64,000 nucleotides of DNA from Octopus vulgaris (lineage: Eukaryota), in assembly GCA_951406725.2 (NCBI GenBank), contig OX597818.1, positions 101,308,001 to 101,372,000 of the forward strand, read 5' to 3'. The translations under genes were made by a program, and so were the position numbers. Position 1 is the stretch's first letter. The number at the start of each line of letters is the position of its first letter. This document shows positions 28,374 through 42,363 of this stretch, in pieces. The notes beneath the pieces were generated by a model, which was not told the DNA's origin, ran no database searches, and saw only the letters and a program-made list of their open reading frames with translations.

Positions 28374-29460
28374 TTTATGTTTTTAAAAATATTCTCTTAT
28401 ATATTTATTTAAAAAAAAAATTTATTTCTTTATATTTTAATAGTTTTTTATATCATAAAAATCTTGTGGTAATTTATAATTTTAATCTTTTTCATAAATT
28501 TCGCTATATGTCGCAATCTTATACCATCATATATTAAATTATACATTATCCACTTATTTAGTTATATGTGTATGTTATTTCTAGCCTATGCGTATCTATA
28601 TATTTATATTTTGCTATAAGTAAACTATGTTTCAAACTTACTCCTGCTATTTCTCTCTTAATTTAAATCCCACCTTAATACTTTCAGAGGTATTTCTTTA
28701 ACAGTTCACGGTCCGTTCACCTTTAAGATGATAGTCAAAATAACCTTTATTATCACCTATTTCCCTATCACCTATTTCCTTTCTCTTTTCACCACCCAAT
28801 CAAAATTTTCGTTTACCACCTCATGGCCTACCCTTTAGTATTGGTGTAGACGGATGTAAAGTTCTAATGAAGTAATGATCTAATTTTAGATGTTTTGAAG
28901 CCTATATCTCACTATTGTCTTCGACATGTAGGCAACGGGTCACTACTGTCATATATCGATTCTCCCTCACTCTAGCCTATACTAATTACAGGTTTGTCAG
29001 TCGCTGTACTGTCCTTTGTTCATCATCAAACATATTTTGCAGCGGAATCATTATAAATACTTGCTCTCCATTAATGATTTGATATTCTAAAATATCTGAC
29101 TTGTCTTTTATGTTTGAAGTATATACGGTCATCTGATGAGAACGGTTTTCATTGTAATGATGTAATGTTTTCATCGATCAATTAAAAGAAGCGACTTAGA
29201 CATCTTTCTTACTCATTTATGTTTTACTCACTTACCCTGGAATCTGCACTTCGGAAGTATATGGAAATAACGTTTATATAAATTACTAGTCTGTACACAC
29301 AAGATCGGATTTATTCACTAAGCTAGATTGTGCCATCTGCATACACTGCATGGATATCGGGTGGAAAATATACTCATCTAATATTGTCTGAGTGAGCAAG
29401 TAAGTTCGTCCTTACAAGTTGCCTCAATTAAAGTACCCAATCGAATTGAAACTAAATTAC

Positions 29461-29510
<50 letters not shown>

Positions 29511-30399
29511 CTGTCTGTGTGTGTGTGTGTCTGTGCGTGTGTGTGTGTGTGTGATTCAGCTGGAACACGTGTAATTCAAGTAGAGAAGGTTGTAAATAAC
29601 TGTTTAGAAAAATTATTGCTGTGAAAAATCCCCATTCTCTTTTCCATTATAAATTCTATTACTTATAATACGGAACTATGCAGTCCTCAATGAGTTTATC
29701 CGTCATCTGAAACCGTCTTCAGAGAAAAAAGGGATAGCCGCCAGGATTATCTCTTTAAACTCTTCTCTCTCTCTCTCTCTCACACACACACAAAGGCTAC
29801 CCCTTTTTCCCTCTGAAATCAACCTTCCTTTAGTGATGCCCGAGTTAACGATATATTGCTAGACTCCCGTAACTATTCTTATTTGGTAAAACTGAGCCTC
29901 CTATTTTTCTCACGGACAGCTCTATGCCGGATGCTCCAGAGTTGGAAATCTGGAAAATTTATTCACCTATGCATCCTACAGCAAAACGAAATATATTGTC
30001 TATCACGAAGCTCTGCAAGATTGAAGTGTTGGAACAAATATGCCTCTCCCTTCCATATCATCTCTCACCAACCCCGTCAACATCTCTCGCTAACCTCTGA
30101 AAACCTCTTCGCCAACCTCCGACAACCTCTCTCAATAACCTCCGACAATTCCTCCTCCCTCCAGCTGACAGTTCTTTGTACTTTTTCGCGATGGAAGATA
30201 TACCTTTTGTGGCAGTTATAACGAAATTGTTTTTTTTATATATCAGAGAAATAACACGTTTAAATAGAACAATTAAATTTTGGAATAATTAAATGGAAAG
30301 TATTTAAAAATAATATTGGCATGGTATTCAAATACAAGGGACATATCCTTTTTTTCTGTCTGTCTCTGTCTGTCTTATTTGTGGGTTCGAGGTCTTTTA

Positions 30400-30461
<62 letters not shown>

Positions 30462-30971
30462 ATATATATATATAGATACATTTATACATAAATAAATATT
30501 TGCTTGTGGGTTTACATTAGCGTGAGAATTATGTTAAGTATCACCAAGTCTCTCCATTCTAAATAAGAATACCCACGGGTAAACAAGCCGGTACGAGATT
30601 TGATATACATAGATATACAATTTAATGGTGGTAGTTTACACTAAAATAGTAATTGTTGTCTCCTTAGCATTACACCTAGAATATCTCTGAAGAGTCGAGG
30701 TGTGGATGAATTGATATACTTGAATTGAAGTAGGGGTTCCATTAAGACTGAGTTGATTAATTCCTTAATCATTTCTTGCGATAACCTTTTGGTACTTTTA
30801 TAATTGTATACACCTGTATCTGCTAAAGCACCTCCATACTAACTAAGTGCAAACGCACACGCACACATTGGCACATGCAACACGCCCTCGTAAATATATA
30901 CTAAACAGAATCTTCACATCTTCATAATGGACACACAGACACAAATACATATAATATACACACACATACAC

Positions 30972-31013
<42 letters not shown>

Positions 31014-31130
31014 GTAATGGGAAAATTGTACAGAATGTATAAATATATGATGAGTAACGCACCTGCAGAGTTTCGATTACCTGTTGTTATCCGTAGATTT
31101 ATTGCAGGAACTGAAAAGGGGCGGTTGGGC

Positions 31131-31349
<219 letters not shown>

Positions 31350-32956
31350 GTGTGTGTGTGTGTGTGTGTGTATACATATACACACATAGAGATTAAATAA
31401 TAAAATGAGATGTCAAAGCCAGACAGTTTGAAATTTCTAGGACATTTTATAAAGAGAATGGAGATCATCAGAGACGATATGAGAGAGTGAAATAGAAAGA
31501 AATAGTAGAGTTCAATAGAAGAAGTTATTTTGGAAATGGTGAGATATAGGATGTATAAATGGAAAAAAATAAAAAAATAAACGTATAAAGGGAAATATAT
31601 GAATAAAAGCTAAACTTATAAGTTACTGTTCCATTATCCAAGGAATGTGTTGTGTAGAACGGGTAAAACGGCTCCTGATAGCAGTTCATATTTTTTTTAT
31701 TAGAAATTCATAGTGTGCAGGTACTAGATCCATGTGGTGTTCATTCAAAGTAATCTGGTATTGTAAATGAAATTTTCAGAATGGCATAGATAAATATGGT
31801 AGGAGGAAGAAAATGGTATGTGTGAAAGGACTGGCGGAGTAAAGACGAAAGAAAGAAAGAAAGAAGAAAAGATGATAAAGGAATAATAGATGGTGGTTCA
31901 GATTTTGAGACATGTTGGGGGTGGAGAGCGATCGGTAGATAACAGTAATAGGAGAGATATGAGGAAGAGATAAGAATGTAAGGGAGGAATTTGTGTAAAA
32001 AGTGGGAGGCGGGGTGAAGTGTTGGAAAGGCACTAAGTTGGAGCGGTAGGTAAAGAATGTGGTACGGTGAAGTGTCCTATAAGTGAGTAGTAAATCTCCA
32101 AATGGAAGGAAGGAATAAGAAAATATAGGGGTCAAGTTTCTAAAAATAGACGTGGGCATTCATATCAGGTCAGAGTTTGTACTACCTAAAGTGATGTTGC
32201 GGACTGATAAATCAGTAAGAGACTGAAAAATATGTATATAGATATATGCGCACGCACTCACATACATACATATAAGACCGCATGCTTACATATGCGTATA
32301 CACATGTACCCATGCATATACCTAAACATACACACATATAATTAAATTCTGATTGTTCTTTCCTTAGTTTATCCTTCCGTTATGCTCCTCATATAATGTA
32401 TAAGAGGAAGAGCAGAGAGATAGTGAGAGAGATAGTGTCAGAGTGAGAGGGAGAGGGAGGTAGTGGTGATAGAAAATTTGTGTGTGAAACGGAAGACAAG
32501 TAGATAGATAAATACATCGACACATTGTTAAATCAAAGAGAAATGTCAACAGTAAATTTTCAATTTTACTTTTTGATACATAGGAAGGATAGAGGTAAGC
32601 ACGGGTGCGCATGTCCAGAAGCAACGTGGGATTGTCATAGTAAGAAGCTGTTAATGCGTTGCTGTCTTTTGATGGGCTAAATTTTGATGGGCTAAATTTA
32701 CCCAAACTTGAATTCCAAATAACATCACATTCTTAATTTACGAGATAACTTAATTACCTGAGAATGATCAACATTTAGAACTGCATCGAGACACCAAAAT
32801 TCGAAACAATCTGAGCAAAATTAAAGGGGGGTGATTTTTTGAGTGAAGCATAAAAGATTCAAATGGCCTAGAACAGTCCATTTTGATCAACTTTTTTTCC
32901 GAGTTTTGTATACATATTAACTTGTACTTCTTTGGTGCTTATAAACTGCATTCATC

Positions 32957-33720
32957 ATGAACCGGCAAGAAAAGCTGGAGGCTGCTCGCACGAGGAGGAG
33001 GATGTACAAGCAGTGGATAATGGAAGAGCAAGTACAGAAAGACCCAGAGAGAAACAAGCAACGCCAGCAGCTGAGACGAGCGTCAATGGAGGGTGAACAA
33101 CGCGAGGAACATCTGCAGCAAAATAAGAGACAAATAAGACGAGGAAATATGACTGAGAAAAAAGCCTGCATAGTACCACGAGTAGCAGAGAAACTTATCA
33201 CGGCAAAGTAAGGACAATATGAATGAGGGACAGAGTACACAGTACCACAAGCAGCAGCAGAGAAACATATTTCAGCAAAGAGTAGAAAACCTGAATCGAC
33301 ATGATAGTGTTTTTTATCCGCAAAACCAAAGGGGGGAGGTATCGAGAAAGAGTTTTTAAACCAAATATGAATGCTGGCGAAATTGACAATTTAAGGCGGC
33401 ATCAGATGCAACGACAGCGTGTGAGAAAACATAGGCCAGTGCTAAAAAGCGCTATTGTTAATTAATTTGAACAATTTAACATAGGATAAATGAGCATTAT
33501 GTGTGAATACTGTGGTACGCTTAGATTTAAATATGAAAATAACAGTCGTTGCATCAATGGAAAAGTAAATGTGCCTGCATTGCAATCATATGTAGAGAAA
33601 CTAAAAGATTTATTTCAAGGAAGCGATCAAGAGTCCGTTTCATCCCGTAGTAATATCAGGAATTACAATTGTACCTTCCCCTTTGCGTCGTTTGGAGTCA
33701 AACTGGCAGCACCCCTTCTC
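32957..33720 (+). pseudogene. Helitron RepHel N-terminal remnant
   Basis: R/Q/E-rich repeats (EQREEHLQQ), then MSIMCEYCGTLRFKYENNSRCINGKVNVPAL..NIRNYNCTFPFASFG, matching the Helitron CxxCxALxF..CCxxGKV..NIRxYNxxFxFxSFG region; truncated at (TA)n 33725. Confidence 0.8.
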
Positions 33721-33761
<41 letters not shown>

Positions 33762-33765
<4 letters not shown>

Positions 33766-35498
33766 TAGACTTAGATAAACTTAGATATGTTTCGACCAAA
33801 GATTGGTCCAGACCATGTCTAACTTAATAGCACCACCTGATAGGATTATATGAATCCTGTTTAAGTCAAGTTTTGTTTATGGTCCATTCAAGATGTGTTG
33901 TCTTGTATGGGGAGACCACAGTGGGCAGCAGTATTCAAGGTGTGGCCGTACAAAGGAGGAAAAAAGTGGTATGATGACACCTTATTCTCTGGACCGGAAA
34001 GTTCTTAAGATCCAGGAACTCATCCTACGAGCTATATCGACCTTCTTGTTGATGTGTGCGCTCCGACTGAGATCGTCATCAATAATTACACCCAGGTCTC
34101 TGATATTGTTAGAGGCTGTGAGCGGTTCCCCTGAAAGATTAGAGTATGGCTGTTTTAGTGAGGAATTTCTTCCAAAATGCATCAGCTCAAATTTCCCCTC
34201 ATTCAGTGGCATTTTGTTTCTGTCTGCCCATTGACTCACAGCATATAGATCAGACTGGAGTTGAGTTCGGTCTACTTCTTCATTGACGATTTGCTGGAGC
34301 TTAGTGTCATCAGCGAATATTTTCACTTTGCAGTAATTTACGACACTGGAAAGGTCGTTTACGTAAATTATGAAGAGTAGCGGACCCAAAACAGTTCCCT
34401 GGGGAACACCGCTGGTGACTTTTGCTGGGTTTGAGTGGACTCCATCAACTACAACATGTTGTGTTCTATTCGCCAGGAAATATTTAATCCAGTGTAGAAC
34501 TTTTCCACAGATTCCAACATTTACCAATTTTGAGAGTAGGTCTACCCTGACGAACGCTTTACTGAAGTCAAGATATATGACATCAGAGTTCGAACCTGTT
34601 CCGACGGCTTTGAGTATATCTTCAATGTGGTGTAAGAGCTGTGTTAGACAGTCCCTGCCTCAGCGAAAGCCATGCTGATTTGCATTTAGGAGTTTGTGGG
34701 TCTTCAGGAAGTCAGCTATCCTTGATCTTAACACTTTTTCAAACACTTTAATGATGTGGGAGGTGAGTGAGATTGGGCGATAGTTGACTGCGAGGGAAAC
34801 TGTTTCGGTATATAACCTGCGTCTAACGAATTTCTCCAGAGGTTCGTCAGAGGGACTGCAAGTTGGTGTCTACATTCTTTCAGGAGACTAGCGTGGAATC
34901 TATCAGGGCCTACAGCAGAGTAGTATTTGACCTCATTTATTGCTGCTATGATGTTAGTGGCAGTGAAAGTTATGTCTGAGATTTTATGTTGGGAGTCAAC
35001 TTCGTTCACTTCTCTTACGTCAATATCAGTGAGAACACTAAAGACAGAGCAGTATTGTTTCTGCAGTATTTCCGCCATTTCTTTAGCATCGTGTTGGGGA
35101 GAGCCGTTATCATCAGTCAATGACATAATGGGTGAGACAGTGGTTCTATGCTTATTTGCATAAGAATAGAACACTTTTGGGTTCTGTTTGATGTTTTTCA
35201 TTACCCACTGTTCCTCCACAGCTCTTTGATTTTCAATGGAGATTTTCATGTCGGTCTGCAGATGAAGTTTTTCCAGCTCTAGCCTTTGAATTGTTGTTGA
35301 ATTTGGATGTTGTATGTGGGTATATTTTAATTGGTTGATTTTTTTGTTGAGTCTTTTGATGCGCTTGATGAGTGTTTTTTTCGTTTTAGCGAGCCGGTTT
35401 TTGTTTGTGTTAGTAGATTTCGTGGGAGCGTGTTTAGAGCATGTATAGGTGACAATGTTCTCAAAGTGCTGCCATGCGGTCTCAATATGGGTGGAATT
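33762..35498 (-). mobile_element. 5'-truncated CR1-group (CR1/L2/Daphne-like) LINE, ORF2 pseudogene
   Basis: NPKVFYSY, GPDRF, QHGF, SGVPQGTVLGPLLFIIYVNDL, FADDTK, RDLGV, VRPHLEYCCPLWSP motifs; frameshifts; deletion after WSP; (TCTAAG)-type tail at 33762-33786; TA on both flanks. Confidence 0.9.
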
Positions 35499-35524
35499 AT
35501 ATATATCTGTATGTGTATATATAC

Positions 35525-35738
35525 TTTATTTAAAGCAGCAGAAAATTCAACAAAATCTGTTACTCTGAGTTTCTCGTAGCCGTACATCAGACAAAAACTG
35601 TCTGATGAACGGCAACGAGAAACTCAGAGTAACAGATTTTGGTGAATTTTCTGCTGCTTTAAATAAAATATTTTACTCTACCACTGGTATTTGAGTACTC
35701 TTTTTTCCACCTTGTTTCACATTTATGTGTTTACTCCA

Positions 35739-35740
<2 letters not shown>
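35525..35740 (+). mobile_element. Palindromic Penelope pLTR-like element
   Basis: 69-bp arms 35525-35593 and 35599-35667 with 3 mismatches and 5-nt spacer; AATAAA at 35662-35667; unique tail to ~35740, then (TA)n. Confidence 0.75.
35594..35640 (+). ncRNA. Type I hammerhead ribozyme motif
   Basis: aaaactgt-CTGATGA-a-cg-GCAA-cg-a-GAAA-ctc-a-gag-TA-acagatttt: stem I ctgt/acag, stem II with GNRA loop, quasi-palindromic stem III, GUA site at 35629-35631. Confidence 0.75.
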
Positions 35741-35794
<54 letters not shown>

Positions 35795-36643
35795 ATATAT
35801 ATATATGCATGTCTGTTTAATTATTTGAAAGAGTAATCTCTCACCATATGACGGTGAACTGATTGAAGTACACCTATGTCAGTTTATTATTTAAGCGTTC
35901 GTCGATTCCCCCGTGTTATGTTTTACATTTAAAATAAAATAAATATATACAACTCATAAAAAATAATTAAAGAAATAGACAGTACAGTTTCTACTTCGCC
36001 TATTTTCACCTGTCGAGTGGGGTTGTTTGGAATGTATCACCTGCGATAGTCGAGGGAGTGCTGAACAGCATTTGAAGTGTAAACAGGATTTTTTAAAAGG
36101 AACTTATTATTTTAAAAGATTTTACGAAATCTTTTATGGGAATGTTACTAACATTTTTGGGGAAGAAGATTTTTTACTAGTGTGGGAGCTCTTTTGTTAC
36201 ACTTTTCCAAACACACGTGTTCTTAAAGAGGAAGTTGATATTTTTGTGGTAGTGGTCGTATTACTTCCAGTTTATCTTCCGACTTTGGGTTTTGGTCATA
36301 GTTATTCTTTGACGATTGTTTATTATATGGAGTGTTGGTCATTTTGGGTTTACGTTCGGATTTAGAATTTTTATAAATTCTTCTTCTGCTTTGCGTAGTT
36401 GAACATTTTCATAGTTTATTTTCTAAAATGAGAATATTTTTTTCTGCCATTGTCAACTCGATGGTCACACGTTACAAAGGTTAGGTCCAAGCATTGCTGT
36501 AAACATTGAACACGAGGAAGAAAGTTAAAACTTACTGTGCATGCACAGCAGAGATCGAGACCAATCTATGCTAAGCGACTTTACTCTGCTTGCTTTACCT
36601 TTCTTGCTATTGCAAATGCCTGAATACTTATTGCTCAGACCTC

Positions 36644-36703
<60 letters not shown>

Positions 36704-37650
36704 CTGTGTGTTCCTGTGTATTTTTGTGTGTGCATGTGTGGTGTGTGCTCAGACCTCGTATATTTATATATGTGTATGTCGGCGCGCGCGCATGTGTGCG
36801 AGTGTGTGTGCGTGCGTGTGTGTGTATTTCTGTTTGCGTGTGGTTGTGTGTTTTTCTTTTGTGTGTCCGTCTGTGGTGTGTGTGTGTGTTTGTGAGTATG
36901 TTTGTAGAAGTAGTAGTATACTCTAATTTGTGAAAATTGTGTAAATTGAATTAAGGAAGTTGAATGTCCCGTAAAAATGTGCACACTAATTAGAAAAGTA
37001 ATTCGTTTTCTAAATTCCATGAGATTCTAAATGTGAAGTGAATAAGTAACACTATCGGCCCGAGTTCAATTAGCACCAACAATAAATACTAACACGATAA
37101 ATGTTGAAATTATAATTTTGGAATGATGTATTTGCGAAGTGATTGTTCATGATTATTCTTCTTTCACTAGGGAACTAATAGTACTAGTACATTAGGAGTA
37201 TATAAGCTAGTGTTCTTAACCTTTTTTGTCGACAATAGTTAATGATGAAATAATGCCTTTATATCTTATAAGTAAGTGTATCACTCTATATCACGAAATT
37301 GAGATCATTGACTTCAATGAAAAACGTTTATCCTCATACGCCACGCGATGTGCATAATGATTACAGAATACTATGTCTGTGAAATACATATCATTTTCGC
37401 AAAAGGTTTTGTTTGGAAATATATGTGAAATGCCCGTTGTTGATCAAATTTATTTATTTGTTGATCAAAATGATTTATACGATAAATATACATGGACTCT
37501 TCCAGTCTTTCAAAGACCGAAAAATGCGTTATTCAAATATATACTTTGAATGAGATTCAGTTGAATTCTATAATGCCTGAATTTTAATGTAGAAATTGAA
37601 ACTTTTACATGAAATAATATGCGTAAAATATAATGAAATATTAATATAAA

Positions 37651-37815
37651 CAGGAGTGGCTGTATGGTAAGTAGCTTGCGAACCAACCACATGGTTCCGG
37701 GTTCAGTCCCACTGCGTGGAACCTTCGGCAAGTGTCTTCTGCTATAGCCCCGAGCCGACCAATGCCTTGTGAGTGGATTTGGTAGACGGAAACTGAAAGA
37801 AGCCTGTCGTATATA

Positions 37816-37847
<32 letters not shown>

Positions 37848-38067
37848 TGTGTGTGTCTGTGTGTGTGTTTTTGTCCCCCTAGCATTGCTTGAGAACCGAT
37901 GCTGGTGTGATTACGTCCCCGTCACTTAGCGGTCCGGCAAAAGAGACCGATATAATAAGTACTGGGCTTACAAAGAATAAGTCCCGGGGTCGATTTGCTC
38001 GACTAATGGTGGTGCTCCAGCATGGCCGCAGTCAAATGACTGAAACAAGTAAAAGAGTAAAAGAGTA
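37651..38067 (+). mobile_element. SINE family A, full length
   Basis: Head with gggttcagtccc B-box, internal (TA)(TG) tract, tail (aaagagt)2. Confidence 0.92.
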
Positions 38068-38271
38068 TGTGTAATTAGATAGACGAATATCATAGCTGGA
38101 CGTTAGTTTTCTCTGGAAAATATATTTCAAAATAATATAAATATTGTTGTACAACACTATATAAATTCCTACTTCTACACATATATATGTGTGTGTGTGT
38201 CTGTGTGTTTGTCGGTGTGCGCGTACCTGTATGTATGTATGCATATATATATCAACGTTTATGCATGAATG

Positions 38272-38337
<66 letters not shown>

Positions 38338-38340
<3 letters not shown>

Positions 38341-38742
38341 TATATGGCTCAGAAACCTGGACGTTATCAAAGAAGCTTGAGAGGCGGTTGGATGGAACCT
38401 ACACTCACCTCCTTATGAGAGCTCAAAATCTCTCGTGGAAGTGCCATCCAACCAAAATGCAAATATATGGGAAATTACCACCTGTGTCATCTCTTGTGAA
38501 AGGTAGGAGAGTCCAGTTTGCTGGACATTGTTGTAGAGCTGAAAAAGAAGTAATTTCTACTCTTCTCCACTGGAAGCCATCTACTCGCAATACCAGAGGG
38601 CGCACACTCTCCTACCCTGATGTAATCTCCAGGGATACAGGCATCCAGCAACAGGACCTACGTAATGCTATGATGGATCGTGAAGTCTGGCGTAACATAG
38701 TAAATTCCATTGTCTCGACCACGGTCGAACAATGATGATGAT
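38338..38742 (+). mobile_element. 3' end of RTE-group LINE, 5'-truncated into (TA)n
   Basis: [37 protein letters not shown], an RTE/RTEX-type C-terminus; stop 38733-38735; tcgac-cacg-gtcga hairpin and (TGA)n tail. Confidence 0.88.
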
Positions 38743-38977
38743 ATATATATATACATACATACATACATACATACATACATACGTAATGATTTATATATTA
38801 TATATGTATGCAGATATGTACACATCTGTGTAGTACATATGACTATGTAACAGTTTCTGAAGTGCTCGCATTTGTCATCCATGATGTTAGTGTGACGTGG
38901 AACAGCCAACACAGGAAGTGTTGTATACATATTTAATCGTCTCTCCCTCTTTTCATCACCATGTGTACAATATATAC

Positions 38978-39040
<63 letters not shown>

Positions 39041-39252
39041 TGTGTGTATGTGTTTGTGTGTATGTAACCTTTAAACATTTTATACTAATCTCGTGTTCAT
39101 TGGAATTTTGCTGTAAAGTAGACTATGCTTTAATTTCACTAACAATGAATATTCTTTAGTTATTCTTAACATAATTACAAAATAATAATCTCAAGTTTAC
39201 CTAAATACATACATACATACACATATACATACGTACACACACACACATACAT

Positions 39253-39342
<90 letters not shown>

Positions 39343-41149
39343 GCGATACTACACTGAGTGTGAAGCTCCGAAATCAACTAATTCATTTTCCTCGGACCAA
39401 GCTAATCATCAAGGAATTGGAAATGTCCATTAACATAGAGGTAAACTAATATTTCTGGTCTGGATTTTTCATATACCACTCAGTATGTGCTTTCTTTCCT
39501 TGAAACATTGATACACATATAACAAATTATTTCCATTACTCTTCTATTTTACATGGTATAAACAGAACTTCATAAAATTCCGAAACAATTTTCAATTCGA
39601 TAAAAATACTTTAAAATTTAATCATCATTTCCTTATTGTCAAATTGTAATGCAACCATTCACAATCAACTCTTTAGAACTAAAATTAACGCATATTCTTC
39701 AAAAGGTTCTTGTTTTGAGAGCGAATGTTTAAAAAAAATTATAATAATAAAATAATATTCAGTGACGCTTCCTTCATAGTTTCCGTTATTATATTTTGAA
39801 TTATTTAAACTGAACAAATGATTTAATGCTTTCTGTAAAATGAACGACAACAATACCGGCTGTTAGAATGTAAGAATAACAACGGAAATTATGTATGTAT
39901 GCCACCCACATTGAGGAACTAATTTATCGAATATTATATTTTGTAGGAAATGGGAAGATTATGGACAAATGCAATCGACTTTGCGTATTGTGTATCAATT
40001 TTATATAATTTTCTATTTCGAATGGAATATGCTAAAGAATAGAGTTTATAATGATTGGTCACGTATTTACCACTATATGATTTTGAATCGTGCCTCCTGG
40101 CTTGAATAAGAGATAACGTATAGGCATATCTAAAGAAATAGTATCAAAATATGATTATATGCAGAAAATCGGAAAAGGAGGGGAGGGTGACAGTGATCAC
40201 TGAGAAACAGAGACAATGAGAGAGAGAAAGTGAGAGAGGGACAGAGAAACAGAGAGGAAATTTCTAGAAACTGATCAATACAGATATCGAGAGAGGTTAA
40301 CTAAATGAGAGAGGGAAAAGAAAATAATGTGGAGCAAATGTCATAAAAGAAACAAAGATTGTATTCTTTGTAATAACATTCACAAATAATGAATATAATT
40401 TTGTTGGGAATAATCCTTTCTTCTCAGTCAACAACATTTGAATACCAATATTCTGTAACTCGTAAAGTTGAAGAAATAACTAAAATATAGTGTATTGAAC
40501 TAAAAGACTGACTAGCTAAGCTACCTTTTTTAACTTTGCACAAATGCTCTCGAATCCCATATTTGCTGGTGTCCGTTAAAAACTGTAAAACAGCAGGAAA
40601 TACTATTAATAATATAATTTTGATTTGAAAATACTACTATTTTCACTAGATCTTACTGAATGCACCTTAAATATATTTATTAAATAATCTAAACTGACCT
40701 CTGAATTTGAATTCACAATGATGTGATGCAATAATATATCACAGAATTATTTGTTCAAATATACTCCTGCAAAAGACTTGTCTCTTTACAACAGAAATAA
40801 AAAGAAAATAAAAACCGCTTTTTAAAATCCGGTCAGTCGTATTAGTAAATGCAATATGAATGATTCAATCAGACATGATCTTTTAAGGATTCCGCTCTAT
40901 AATTCTGCAAGAAAGACTGGTTGAAATCTTGCCTGCATTAACTATATAAATTATGAATGCCAAGATCGACAAATTATGCATAGTTCCTATTTTGATATCA
41001 ATATAATTGATTATTATAAAGAGGCGACCTTGCAGACACGTTACCAAAATGCTTGTACCTGTAGTAGGAAAGAACGCTAAATGTCGTAACTGAATGAGGT
41101 CTACGAGTATAAACTGTTCGAGGCTTCAGTTTTGGTCAAATCAACGTTC

Positions 41150-41459
41150 TAAGTATAACGGAGGAGGACAGCGTAAGTCGATTGCTCCGGTCTCCACCTC
41201 TCTAGTCGTACTTATTTTATCGACCATGAAATGATGAAACTAAGTATTAATCTTGCTACCGATATAGTTTCTTTCTTTTAATAATGAATTTAATTTTTGG
41301 TACAAGGACAACAATCGAAGGGATTAGTCGATTACATCAACTACAGTTCTCAACTGGTGCTTATTTTATTGACTCCGAAAGACTGAAAGTCAAAGTCGAG
41401 GCCAGCGCTGCAAAGCATTTTGTCCGGTGCGGTGACGATTCTATCAGCTCACCCCCTTC
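41150..41459 (-). mobile_element. Two degenerate SINE family B fragments
   Basis: gtcgatt..gtacttattttatcgacc..gatgaaa and gtcgattacatc..ctggtgcttatttt..gaaagtcaaagtcga..gcattttgtccggtgc. Confidence 0.55.
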
Positions 41460-42021
41460 TTTCTTTCTTTTTTTCTTGTAATAACGATATCTATTTAAAA
41501 ATTTAATTTCGATATCAAATCCGTCTGTTCCTAAATAGGTTTTCAATTAGATTGAAGATCTGCATTTATAAATCAATATTGTAGTCGCAAGATATAGATA
41601 TTGCAGTCGTAAGATATAGACTAGGTTGACAAGGACAGACTTCGTCATACTTAGCTTCATAGCATCTTCTTTGTTACAAATATATCGTTCATGAATGATC
41701 TAGAATTAACGCTTGTGGGGTTGTTAGCGTTAACAATTATTTTTAAGAATAATTACTACGGTAATTATGTCTTAGAATGTGTTTCCATTGTTCTTGAAAT
41801 ATATACTACCCTACATTACATATTCAGCGGCAGTAGTGGAAATCTTGGAAAGAATCCTGTTATTGACCTAACATTTTATAATACAATATATTTCTGCTAC
41901 ATCAAACAAAACTGTCCCAGAAGAGATCATGAGTGAGAACTGATGAGCATTCTCTGATTTTTTCGCCTGTCTATGCCACGCATATGAATCCTGGGCCACT
42001 CAAGCAGCACTAGATTAATGC

Positions 42022-42102
<81 letters not shown>

Positions 42103-42303
42103 ATGCACACTGGATATAAAAAGTATAAAAGAATAAAGCATTTTATGAGAAGTAACGATAAATATATACCATTAGATGAACTGGGGTAGAATTAAGACAA
42201 ATAGGGATTCAAAGTCATACCGGTTCCGTCAATTGCTGTTCACTGGCTTTGAATACGCACCTTCTTCCATTTGTAGTTTCTATTTTCTTTTTGAAACATA
42301 TTT

Positions 42304-42357
<54 letters not shown>

Positions 42358-42363
<6 letters not shown>

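Noticed and set aside
30687-30760. CTGAAGAgtc as a hammerhead core
   Set aside because: No downstream gac-GAAA partner
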